Origin: a virus
Lineage: Duplodnaviria > Caudoviricetes
Strand: one strand, 5' to 3'
Length of the DNA: 64,000 bases
Virus record (IMG/VR): IMGVR_UViG_3300026549_000071
Span: 10,253-74,252 of that record
A model generated the notes under the pieces. It ran no database searches. It was not told the DNA's origin and worked only from the letters and a program-made list of their open reading frames with translations. This document shows positions 19,572 through 28,070 of this stretch, in pieces. Numbering within the stretch: position 1 is the first letter of the stretch; each line of letters begins with the position of its first letter. A program made the position numbers and the translations under genes.

Positions 19572-19972
19572 AAAAGATACCATAGATACGCCACCAACGT
19601 ATCTATGGTATCTTAGTTGTTTTTGAGTTAATAAGAACGACTCCAACGAAAAACCAAAATTCCCGAAAACAATTGAAATCGCCCTTATATTTCTCTGACG
19701 AAACGATAAGGAATGAAGCAAAATTATCTACGTGATGTATTGCCATGACCTCAGTCGTTTTTACTCGCCATTTGTTTGTGAGTTCTACCTACGTCATCTT
19801 AGATTTTAAACACATCCAATCTAAAAATCTTTACGATCCCACCCAAAGATCGTTTTCAATAGAACTTTCAGTCTTTAATTTTTATCTTCACACATTTATC
19901 GAAAGCTTTCAATAGTATGTTTACACTAATTAAAAAAATTTACATCTTCATCCTATGAACTTTCATTTCATG

Positions 19973-20270
19973 TATATATTATTACCATAAGATAATGAGC
20001 TAAGCATACTAGAAATGCTTAGCTCATAGCTCCCGAACTAGGAGCAGAAAGGAGGATCACCCAAATGGATAAATCCATCCTCTATTGGTGGCATAAACCG
20101 AATGCCATCGAAGGGCGTTTCGATAGAGATGCCCAATTGAAAGAGGCTATTGAACAAGTAAAGCGTGCACAACGTTTATTCGATAGCCTTGAGGAGAAGG
20201 ATAAGAAAGTTTCTTAATCCTTAACTCAGAAAGAAAGAAGCTATTCTAGTTACGGCTTCTTTCTTTTTTG
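19973..20270 (+). repeat. ACTAG-loop cassette, copy B
   Basis: Promoter 19973-19982, hairpin 19995-20027, hairpin 20029-20045, ORF 20065-20217, terminator ~20230-20270 with TTCTAGT loop. Confidence 0.9.
20065..20217 (+). CDS. 50-aa cassette protein B (MDKSILYWWHKPNAIEGRFDRDAQLKEAIEQVKRAQRLFDSLEEKDKKVS), not in the ORF track
   Basis: AGAAAGGAGG RBS; shares LYWWHKPxAIEGRFDRxAQLKEA with the 9684-9836 product. Confidence 0.85.
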   Translation: MDKSILYWWHKPNAIEGRFDRDAQLKEAIEQVKRAQRLFDSLEEKDKKVS

Positions 20271-20332
20271 TCTGTAGTATTTTAAAAATTCTTTGAAATA
20301 TATATTATTAAAGTAACAGGAGGTGAAAACCT

Positions 20333-20833
20333 ATGTTTATTCTCTTGCTATCTGGAACTGATATTGTCAGTTCTACCTATGAAGCAAATTTAAGAGAATA
20401 TGCTCGTTTATTGCGGATAAAGAATCCTATGATCTATCAAGTCACAAATCAGCAATATGATACGATTTGCAAGAAATATCGTTACGTTGAATCTGTGGAA
20501 AAGCAATCAGAAGAAAAGAATCCTCTTTACTGTACGGATTCTGATCTAGAAATGATTAGCAATGTCATGGAAGATGACCTAACGAAATTTGCATTGAAAT
20601 TGCATAAAGTTGAAAAATGGACTTCGATGTTTCGTGGAAAATCTGCAAAACGACTAAGAAAAGCAATTCATGCTTTTCTCAAAGAACGAGTCGAAAACAA
20701 AGAATTTTCAATTGATGAATACGATGAAGTAGGAAGATTGATGGAAAAAGTCAAACTTCGGGATTATGCAAAATCAATCCTCAAACGTAGTTATAAAGAC
20801 GTTTATGGATTAGGAGGAGAAGAAGATGCTTGA
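20333..20833 (+). CDS. Hypothetical early protein, 166 aa
   Basis: AGGAGGTG RBS; early promoter 20299-20308. Confidence 0.8.
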   Translation: MFILLLSGTDIVSSTYEANLREYARLLRIKNPMIYQVTNQQYDTICKKYRYVESVEKQSEEKNPLYCTDSDLEMISNVMEDDLTKFALKLHKVEKWTSMFRGKSAKRLRKAIHAFLKERVENKEFSIDEYDEVGRLMEKVKLRDYAKSILKRSYKDVYGLGGEEDA

Positions 20834-21380
20834 CCCCGATGAAAAACAAAAACTTCGTCCGTATTATTTTCGAATGTTAAAACGACTCGGTTGGAATGTG
20901 GTTTACGATAATAACAAGAAGCTGACGAATACATTGGTTGATGTATCTCTTATGCTTCAAAGGGAGAAAGAGGATGATAACCATAAGAAACATACGGAGT
21001 ATGGATTCTTAGAGGTTCCTTATACGTCTCCCTGTTCATATGAAAAGTTTGGAGAGCAACGCCTTCATCCGAATAATGGAGAATTTGCAAAATTGGTCAA
21101 CTACGTTGATAGCTTAATTTATCCATATGATTTGGACGACGTTGTGTGTCAGTTGCTTCACTTAGGTTATAGTATTACACAGGTTTATACGGTACAAAAC
21201 GGAAAACTTGCGTTAAAACTAAACCGAAAGATGATTGAAGGACTGATTGCAGACTTCGTTAAGAAGGGTTCTCCCTTACTGAATAATGAGCAACTTCGTA
21301 GACCTCACAAAATTAAAGAGCGTCGACCAATCAAGACATTTGTAAATCCAGATGTCTTCTTTGGTCGTAACTCCCAATAA
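20826..21380 (+). CDS. Hypothetical protein, 184 aa
   Basis: AGGAGG RBS; overlaps the upstream stop. Confidence 0.8.
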   Translation: MLDPDEKQKLRPYYFRMLKRLGWNVVYDNNKKLTNTLVDVSLMLQREKEDDNHKKHTEYGFLEVPYTSPCSYEKFGEQRLHPNNGEFAKLVNYVDSLIYPYDLDDVVCQLLHLGYSITQVYTVQNGKLALKLNRKMIEGLIADFVKKGSPLLNNEQLRRPHKIKERRPIKTFVNPDVFFGRNSQ

Positions 21381-21417
21381 ATTTTTAGTAGTTTTTAGAA
21401 GAAGGAGAAATGTAGTC

Positions 21418-21723
21418 ATGGCTAAGAAGAAAGAACAGAAATTCCTCAAGAAGCTCCGCAAGAGCGTTTTCAACAGTCGCAGCGAACTTGCACAATACAT
21501 CGCTGACGACGAGGACAAACGTTGGTACAAGGAAAAGAAGGAAGATATCAAAGATCTCACAAGGGATCTCATCAATGATCCATTCCAGATCATGAAGAAA
21601 GATCCTTCCAACCCAGAGCTCATGAAACCGACGGACGTGAAAGAGCTTGCTCTTCGTGTAGCACAGCATGAGAAGCTTTTGCTTGCTCTTGCATATTGCT
21701 ACATTTACGAGAACAATAAGTAA
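21418..21723 (+). CDS. Hypothetical charged protein, 101 aa (MAKKKEQK...)
   Basis: AAGGAG RBS; C-ending codon bias. Confidence 0.8.
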   Translation: MAKKKEQKFLKKLRKSVFNSRSELAQYIADDEDKRWYKEKKEDIKDLTRDLINDPFQIMKKDPSNPELMKPTDVKELALRVAQHEKLLLALAYCYIYENNK

Positions 21724-21859
21724 AATCAATGAATAGGTCGAGTTTAAGTATTGGATCACTGACCGATTGGCACTCCAATATGCGAACCCGACATATACAC
21801 AAAAAGAAGTTTGGAGTTGATATCACCAAACTTCTTTTTTTACCGTAATACGTTCATTT

Positions 21860-21871
21860 AACAATGATGTA
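21860..21871 (+). promoter_or_regulatory. Late/middle-type promoter motif NACA-N6-TA (representative copy)
   Basis: Found in intergenic gaps upstream of genes at 2062, 16117, 21860, 24960, 28076, 28589, 35645, 37003, 38630, 40644, 45631, 59902 (+) and 24450, 33600, 56115, 58135 (-); resembles the AR9 nvRNAP AACA-N6-TA consensus. Confidence 0.65.
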
Positions 21872-21903
21872 AAAATATCTAATGTAAAAGAGGTGAAATC
21901 GAA

Positions 21904-22584
21904 ATGCGAATTCCACGTATTGACCATTATGATACTTCTATGGAAGAAGAAACCATAGAAGTTTCCGACTTCCAATTTGAACCGAGACATTATGACCTAG
22001 GAAATGATAAGCAAAAGTTCAAATATATTTCTACAATTGAACGGATGTGCCGTTCATCCAAAGAATACAAAGATTTGATTGCTTACTTGCGAAATTCCCT
22101 TGGGATGAGTTTCTGTTCCTTCTTCCATAAAGTCAATCAAAAGAATTTCGATAAAGCTCGGATTCGTATTGAAATTCATCATGAGCCGTTTACTCTCTAT
22201 GATATCGTAGCTGTAGTTTTGAATCATCGTCTTGATGAAGGAGAAGATCATGACATGCTAACCATTTGTGATGAAGTCATGAAACTTCATTATATGGGTT
22301 ATGTAGGATTGATTCCTCTTTCCACTACGGTACATGAGTTGGTTCATTCTGGAAAATTGTTTATTCCCTTGCAGTTCATTGATATCGGTTTCAATAACTT
22401 TTATAATATATATAAAGAAACGATCAAAGGAATGGATGGACTTTGCGATATGTTACAGGCAAAGGTTGCATTGAGTAAGCAATTTGAAGAGAACCCGGAT
22501 GAGTTTATGGCAATTCTCAAGAAGAAGTATATTTACGTTGTGAATGATGGATACGATAGTATTCCGGATAAGATCATAAAGTAA
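21904..22584 (+). CDS. HNH-like protein, paralog of 23802-24431
   Basis: C.FF..V...IEIHHEPFTLYDI...LIPLSTTVHELVH; AACA-N6-TA at 21860-21871. Confidence 0.6.
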   Translation: MRIPRIDHYDTSMEEETIEVSDFQFEPRHYDLGNDKQKFKYISTIERMCRSSKEYKDLIAYLRNSLGMSFCSFFHKVNQKNFDKARIRIEIHHEPFTLYDIVAVVLNHRLDEGEDHDMLTICDEVMKLHYMGYVGLIPLSTTVHELVHSGKLFIPLQFIDIGFNNFYNIYKETIKGMDGLCDMLQAKVALSKQFEENPDEFMAILKKKYIYVVNDGYDSIPDKIIK

Positions 22585-22606
22585 AAGAGTTCTTCAGCCT
22601 TTCGAG

Positions 22607-22896
22607 TATATATTATATACTTAATAAAATGGATCAAGCAGACTAGAACTGCTTGATCCATCGTTCCCGAACTAGGAACAGAAAGGCTGGTGAGTCCCAT
22701 GACTAAGGAATCCCCTTGGGAGAAGTTACTCCCAAATGAAAAACTTGTCCCCACAAGTTTGACAAAACAGGCGATCCTTGATTGTGCTGACGTTCTGCGT
22801 ACGCATAAAATGATTCGCCTGATTCCTGGATGGTGTAAATAACACTATTTAGGAAATGAAGGAAGAAGTATTTCTAGTATGCTTCTTTCTTTTTTG
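22607..22896 (+). repeat. ACTAG-loop cassette, copy C
   Basis: Promoter 22607-22616, hairpin 22629-22661, hairpin 22663-22679, ORF 22699-22842, terminator ~22858-22896 with TTCTAGT loop. Confidence 0.9.
22699..22842 (+). CDS. 47-aa cassette protein C (MTKESPWEKLLPNEKLVPTSLTKQAILDCADVLRTHKMIRLIPGWCK), not in the ORF track
   Basis: Occupies the same cassette position as proteins A and B; AGAAAGG RBS; unrelated sequence. Confidence 0.7.
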   Translation: MTKESPWEKLLPNEKLVPTSLTKQAILDCADVLRTHKMIRLIPGWCK

Positions 22897-23006
22897 TTGC
22901 CTGATATTTCAAAATAAATTTGGAATATATATCATACCTTAGAATTAATGGCCCGTAACATTAGTTCTATTTTGGTATTTTAATTTGAAAGGATATGTGA
23001 TTTACA

Positions 23007-23381
23007 ATGGCAAAATATATTATGAATGCGGTCTCTGGTAACATGTTCGATCTCAGCAAGGAATTCGATCTTTGCTGGAAGCCATTGAGCTTGAACGATG
23101 TTAAGAAACTTCTGAAACAGGGGGACTGGAAGTCCGTGCTCGGGCACGATGACATCGCAAATCTTTTGAGTGAAATGACCGGTTATCATCTTGAGAAAAA
23201 CCGTGTCAATAATACGCTCGAATTCGGTGATAGTGCAATTCTTGCACAGTACAAAGGGCCGAGACTCGAAGAGGGAGCGACGAAGCTTCCGAAAGGTGCA
23301 ACTATCCAGTTTGCACTCGTGTATCCCGCAGAGCATATTAGCCGCCAATATATTGGCAACGGTGAAACGCTCGAAGGATAA
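23007..23381 (+). CDS. acrIII-1: AcrIII-1 / DUF1874 family ring nuclease (anti-type III CRISPR)
   Basis: SVLGH47..IANLLS...NR66V..L..GD..ILAQ..GPR86LEE89G fits the DUF1874 GH / NR / RLxEG signature; near-consensus early promoter TATATATCAT at 22926-22935. Confidence 0.85.
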   Translation: MAKYIMNAVSGNMFDLSKEFDLCWKPLSLNDVKKLLKQGDWKSVLGHDDIANLLSEMTGYHLEKNRVNNTLEFGDSAILAQYKGPRLEEGATKLPKGATIQFALVYPAEHISRQYIGNGETLEG

Positions 23382-23496
23382 ATAAAAAGAAGTCTATGCG
23401 GGTAGACTTCTTTTTTATTACAATCAGTTTTATTTTTTTTTTGAGTATATATTATTACTGAAGTAAACCGCATGCATCATAAAAGGAGGGATTAAC

Positions 23497-23751
23497 ATGC
23501 AAGTTTACTATGGCGTAATCTCGGATCTCCCTATGGGTATTGACAGGGAGATCGTCGGCTACAAAGTCGTCAGCCAAACGGGAGAGAGCATGTTCAATAG
23601 CTATGAATCGGCTGTTGAATATGCACGCAAGGCAGAATGGGCCTATGTATATGAGGTCTATTCTTGCCATGATCTCGATCGAGATGTTCCAGACTGGGAA
23701 GAAGAAGGCGATTGTGTATTTGAATATGAAAACACATGGTTTGACGAGTGA
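23497..23751 (+). CDS. Acidic small early protein, 84 aa
   Basis: AGGAGG RBS; own early promoter 23446-23455 and terminator 23752-23800. Confidence 0.8.
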   Translation: MQVYYGVISDLPMGIDREIVGYKVVSQTGESMFNSYESAVEYARKAEWAYVYEVYSCHDLDRDVPDWEEEGDCVFEYENTWFDE

Positions 23752-23801
23752 AAAAAAGAAGTTGGCAAAGGAGGTGAATCTCGCCAACTTCTTTTTTTTT
23801 C

Positions 23802-24431
23802 TTATCGGTAACTCCAATTGACCATATTTTTTTCTAGATCTAGGATTTGATTATCTGTACTATGGAATTTCTTACTGAGATCAATATAACGATTGATCTT
23901 ATCAATGTAAAGATCATCTAAACCATCATGATATTTCAGTAGAAATCTTCCAATGTTTCCAAGTCCTTGATTCAGGTTGATAAAGATCTCTCCCGTATCA
24001 ATCAGTTGATGGACTGTTTTACTCAACACCACGAGTTGAATATTTCCTTGGAGATGTTCTTCTAATACGATTCTTGCAACTTTAAACGTTGTGATTTCTG
24101 GATCTTTTTTCTTCATGAGATAATTCGTTACGATGGCACAATAGTCGAATAATGTTAGCATGGGTCCATGATGAATTTCCAAGGTAGCATCAAATCGACT
24201 AATATTTCCAAGTACCTGGCAATGATCCATATGTGCTTCTCGGATCATAGAAACGATATTATCATAGTCTGGATGTTTCCTGATGAGATGCTCACATTCT
24301 CTCACAAATTTCACAAACTTATCCATTTGCATGAGGTAATCTTCATCTTTATAATAGGATAACTCAGAAAAAATATCCAAGTCGGATGTAAGTGTAGGAT
24401 TTTCTGTTTGATCCGTATAGGTGACTCCCAT
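23802..24431 (-). CDS. HNH-like protein, paralog of 21904-22584
   Basis: CQVLGNI...LEIHHGPMLTLFDY...LVVLSKTVHQLID; CACA-N6-TA at 24450-24461 (minus). Confidence 0.6.
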   Translation of the reverse strand: MGVTYTDQTENPTLTSDLDIFSELSYYKDEDYLMQMDKFVKFVRECEHLIRKHPDYDNIVSMIREAHMDHCQVLGNISRFDATLEIHHGPMLTLFDYCAIVTNYLMKKKDPEITTFKVARIVLEEHLQGNIQLVVLSKTVHQLIDTGEIFINLNQGLGNIGRFLLKYHDGLDDLYIDKINRYIDLSKKFHSTDNQILDLEKNMVNWSYR

Positions 24432-24512
24432 AATAGAAGACCTCCTTTTTATTACCTTGTGAAATCATATTCCATGTGACATTCGGGTAAAAAAGAAAGG
24501 AAGATATCTAAG

Positions 24513-24950
24513 ATGAGTTTTTGGATGATATTCTTTGCAGTGCTATTAGCTATCCTAGTAGCAACTGCATTGAAATTGATCATTAGTATGATCTTTGCAA
24601 AAACAAACGCTCCAAATCCCATGATGGTTCCTGGACCAAAACCGCAGATTACGGATGTATTATCCGAGCTTACCATGCTCATTCGATTAGAGTGTGTTGG
24701 ATGCATTGATATTCCGCAATCGGTTAAAGCGATTCCACTCATTACAGATTTCCATGATATCCAAATGGAGATCATTCATAATGTAGTAGAATCCCTTAGT
24801 ACAGGTTTTTGGCTCTATGCAAATCGGGCTGGATTAACACGAAAATACATTGTTACGTACATCACCAGGCAGACACATGCAGAATTGCTAGATTTTATGG
24901 ATAAGCATAATTATTCCATGACTTCTCCGAATGGTGACGCAGAAAAATAA
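24513..24950 (+). CDS. N-terminally membrane-anchored protein, 145 aa
   Basis: Hydrophobic MSFWMIFFAVLLAILVATALKLIISMIF N-terminus; AAGGAAG RBS. Confidence 0.75.
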   Translation: MSFWMIFFAVLLAILVATALKLIISMIFAKTNAPNPMMVPGPKPQITDVLSELTMLIRLECVGCIDIPQSVKAIPLITDFHDIQMEIIHNVVESLSTGFWLYANRAGLTRKYIVTYITRQTHAELLDFMDKHNYSMTSPNGDAEK

Positions 24951-24998
24951 TTTTATAAACACATAATACTATTATTTTTTATATGAGGTGAATACTAA

Positions 24999-25502
24999 GT
25001 GGAAGATTTAAGTAAATACCCCAGAACACTGACTTCAAGAGAAGACTATGATTACATACGAGAGAATTTCCCTATGGAATATTGGTTAACCGATTATCAG
25101 CAGTTAATCGATGATTCCATTGAAGTAGTTCCTATTTTCGTTTGTGATAAGGTTCACATTAAAAAAGGAAAACATGCAGAGATCATCAAAGTTCATCGTG
25201 TAAAAGAATCGGAAAAGAAATCTCTTACGGAACTGGTAAAAGATAATCCGGGTATTTCGTTGTACTTCGATGAATCGAAGTATCCATACACAGATCTTCG
25301 TGAGTATGAATTGGAGAATGGGTCTAAGAAATATATCTTAGTAAGAACACAAGAAAAGAAGGATTCCAAAGCAAAACGTCTTGGGATTGACTTAGATGAT
25401 ATCATATCCTATACGATTGGAATTGATCCTTCGATTTTGCATGAAGAGGTGAAAGAAAATGATGCAGGTGAAAGTACATCTGATTCTTCTGGGAATGAGT
25501 GA
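24999..25502 (+). CDS. Hypothetical protein, 167 aa
   Basis: GAGGTG RBS; CACA-N6-TA at 24960-24971. Confidence 0.75.
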   Translation: MEDLSKYPRTLTSREDYDYIRENFPMEYWLTDYQQLIDDSIEVVPIFVCDKVHIKKGKHAEIIKVHRVKESEKKSLTELVKDNPGISLYFDESKYPYTDLREYELENGSKKYILVRTQEKKDSKAKRLGIDLDDIISYTIGIDPSILHEEVKENDAGESTSDSSGNE

Positions 25503-25821
25503 ATTTCTCTATGTAGAAGGAAATGTTCCAGCAAGCTCACTGTTAATTCCCATGAGTCAGATCGTATCTATTGATGAAATGCTAGATGAAAACCAAGAAA
25601 TATTTGTTCGGATATATTTTGGTAGTTTAGAGAGTAAACTTGATCTTACTGGATATACCATGAAGCAATTCATTGAAGAATTGCAGGGTCCCGTTGAAAA
25701 TGCGACGAAGAAAGTAAAAGAAGAAATAGAGAAAGGAATGAAACTAAATGACGGTTACAAAGAAATTAGAAAATGGGGAAAAGAAGGAGTCAAATGGAAC
25801 CCCTCAGGAAAATACCGTTAA
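25459..25821 (+). CDS. Hypothetical protein, 120 aa
   Basis: GAGGTG RBS; operonic. Confidence 0.65.
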   Translation: MMQVKVHLILLGMSEFLYVEGNVPASSLLIPMSQIVSIDEMLDENQEIFVRIYFGSLESKLDLTGYTMKQFIEELQGPVENATKKVKEEIEKGMKLNDGYKEIRKWGKEGVKWNPSGKYR

Positions 25822-26398
25822 GATTCTCACAGAGAAAGAAATGAGTAAGAACTGGGAGAAACTTGATCATCATGAATGCTGTCTGTATCAGAAATTCTCT
25901 GTAGAGTTTCTGAAGAAGCATGAAAAGACGATTGATTGGAAAGCTCTTACGATTAATCCGAATCTTACCATTGAGATTTTGGATGCATTCCCAAAGAAGA
26001 TTGATTGGATTTCTCTGTGTGTGAATGAGAAGCCTCTTGCAGATACGATTATCTATAACTATCGTAGAAATATCTATTGGCAGCTTCTTCTCCCTCATCG
26101 AATTATGGATATGAAACTTCTCGTATTCCTTTCGGAATTCTATAAGAAGTCTCGTGTGAAGAATATGCCGATGTTTTGGAAATCTGTTTCACGGTATGCA
26201 AAATTCGACATTGATTATGTAGATGAGTATCATCGGAAACTGGATTTCAAGGAAATGAGTTACAATCCATTTCTGGATAATGAAACGATTGATAAGTATT
26301 ACGATAAGTTTGATCCGAAAGTTCTTCTTCGTATGAGAAGTCTTCAGCCGAAGATTCTCTTGAAGCATGAAGAATACTTCCGTCCTTATCTCAACTAA
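25748..26398 (+). CDS. Hypothetical protein with W/LDW-type helical repeats, 216 aa
   Basis: Repeated IDWKAL / IDWISL / IYWQLL / LDFKEM segments. Confidence 0.7.
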   Translation: MTVTKKLENGEKKESNGTPQENTVKILTEKEMSKNWEKLDHHECCLYQKFSVEFLKKHEKTIDWKALTINPNLTIEILDAFPKKIDWISLCVNEKPLADTIIYNYRRNIYWQLLLPHRIMDMKLLVFLSEFYKKSRVKNMPMFWKSVSRYAKFDIDYVDEYHRKLDFKEMSYNPFLDNETIDKYYDKFDPKVLLRMRSLQPKILLKHEEYFRPYLN

Positions 26399-26489
26399 GA
26401 TTTTCAATCGTTCTATGAAATATATATTATAATGATGGAGAGTCAAAAAGATCTCCATCATTATAATACTTTTAGAAGGAGGTTTTTAC

Positions 26490-26975
26490 ATGGCGATTAC
26501 AAAGAAAGAACGGTATCGTTATCAGATGAAACGTGATCGCATGGAAGAGAAAGATTGGAAGGAGGAAAAGATTGATAAGAAACTTCGTGAAGCATTTCAG
26601 CGTTTGAATCGTAGAGATTTTTATGAGTTCTATACAGATCCTGACACAAGATCGTATGAGAACTTTTTGAATTTCCTCACGATTCTCACAAAGAAGTTAG
26701 AGAGTTTCTATGGGAAGAAAAAGAAATACAAGAAGGATGAAGTCCAAGAGCTTTTGGAAACATTCTTCCGGGGAATTTCTGAACGTGGTTGTAAGACTAT
26801 GAAAGCCATGGATAAGGCATTGAAGAAGACCGATGATCCAGATCTCTGCTCTTTCCCGTTCAATGGCTTAATGAAGTCAAAGATCTTCCATAGCTACAAT
26901 CATAGTAGCTCGGTAGATCAGAGTTACAGCTTAGAAGATTCTTTTAACCAAGGTGGTTTTGGATATGATTACTAA
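26490..26975 (+). CDS. Hypothetical early protein, 161 aa
   Basis: AAGGAGGT RBS; early promoter 26421-26430. Confidence 0.8.
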   Translation: MAITKKERYRYQMKRDRMEEKDWKEEKIDKKLREAFQRLNRRDFYEFYTDPDTRSYENFLNFLTILTKKLESFYGKKKKYKKDEVQELLETFFRGISERGCKTMKAMDKALKKTDDPDLCSFPFNGLMKSKIFHSYNHSSSVDQSYSLEDSFNQGGFGYDY

Positions 26976-27164
26976 GTACATGGAGTTCCAAGAATCCTCC
27001 GAAAATGATTCTTGGTGGAGCGGAAGATAAGCATTTTAATCACTCGGATTTCAACGATGACTATTTCCATATTTGGCCGTAAAGTATAGTAATAGAATTT
27101 AAAAGGTTCTATTACTATACTTTAATTATATTCATATAGAAGAATTTCTTAGGAGGAAACAAAA

Positions 27165-27554
27165 TTGGCTAGAACGAAAAAGAATGAAGAAATCTCTCTG
27201 GATGTTATTGTTCCGGAAGAGAAGAAATCCAGTCCTTTGTTTGGTGCTCTCTTGAGTTTCTTGAAGAATGATGATGCATCAGATTTCATCTTTTCGACTC
27301 TCAAGAGTACAATTCCTGACCTTACGTCTGGCATGATCAAACCAGTTGATTTCTTCTTCAATGAGAAGGATAACTCCATGCATTGTTTGTTCGATATCAA
27401 GGTGTCGGATGAAAGCATTTACCATGTGGAGATTTCGATTCTCAAGAAGAAGGATCATATCAAATATGCTCTGGCAGTGGATAATGATCAGACGAAGTAT
27501 AAGGTAAGTTTTGAACAGACGGAGTGGGCAAGCCTCCGTGAAGATGATAAGTAA
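27165..27554 (+). CDS. Hypothetical protein, 129 aa
   Basis: AGGAGG RBS with TTG start. Confidence 0.75.
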   Translation: MARTKKNEEISLDVIVPEEKKSSPLFGALLSFLKNDDASDFIFSTLKSTIPDLTSGMIKPVDFFFNEKDNSMHCLFDIKVSDESIYHVEISILKKKDHIKYALAVDNDQTKYKVSFEQTEWASLREDDK

Positions 27555-27566
27555 AGGAGTTTCATT

Positions 27567-28070
27567 ATGTCAAAGAAACGTAAGAAAAACATCGGCGATA
27601 AAATCCTGAAGTTTGCAAAGAAGAATGCAAAGCATGAGTCTGCCTCAGAAGCAGCAAAGAAAGAAGAATACGAAGAAGAAATGGAATTTGACAACTCCAT
27701 GGCTCGGAAGAGTATTTACTCCGTATATGCTTCTGCATTGGAAAACCCAGGAGATATTGCTTCCTACTTCGGTGATCCAGAAAAAGATGCTGCAAAATTC
27801 TTGCGTCTGATTATGGAGCAGAAATATGCGAAGGTGAAAGTTGAGCGTATTCGTCTTACTGAGGTTGCTTTCGACAAGAAGACGGGAAAACTTACAGTTA
27901 AATTAAACGTGGTTTATCCATTCAACGATGATAGCTACTTGGACGGATATGATTATATTGAAGCAAATATGATCACGAAGAAAAACACCAACTATGTTGA
28001 TGTATTGGTTTGTGAACGTGCAAAGAATACTCTTTTTAAAGGAGAATTCCCAGTGCGCAAAGATAGCTGA
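27567..28070 (+). CDS. Hypothetical protein, 167 aa
   Basis: AAAGGAG RBS. Confidence 0.8.
   Translation: MSKKRKKNIGDKILKFAKKNAKHESASEAAKKEEYEEEMEFDNSMARKSIYSVYASALENPGDIASYFGDPEKDAAKFLRLIMEQKYAKVKVERIRLTEVAFDKKTGKLTVKLNVVYPFNDDSYLDGYDYIEANMITKKNTNYVDVLVCERAKNTLFKGEFPVRKDS

Noticed and set aside
19693-19715. CTGACGA as a hammerhead ribozyme core
   Set aside because: No stem II followed by GAAA and no closing stems I/III could be drawn.
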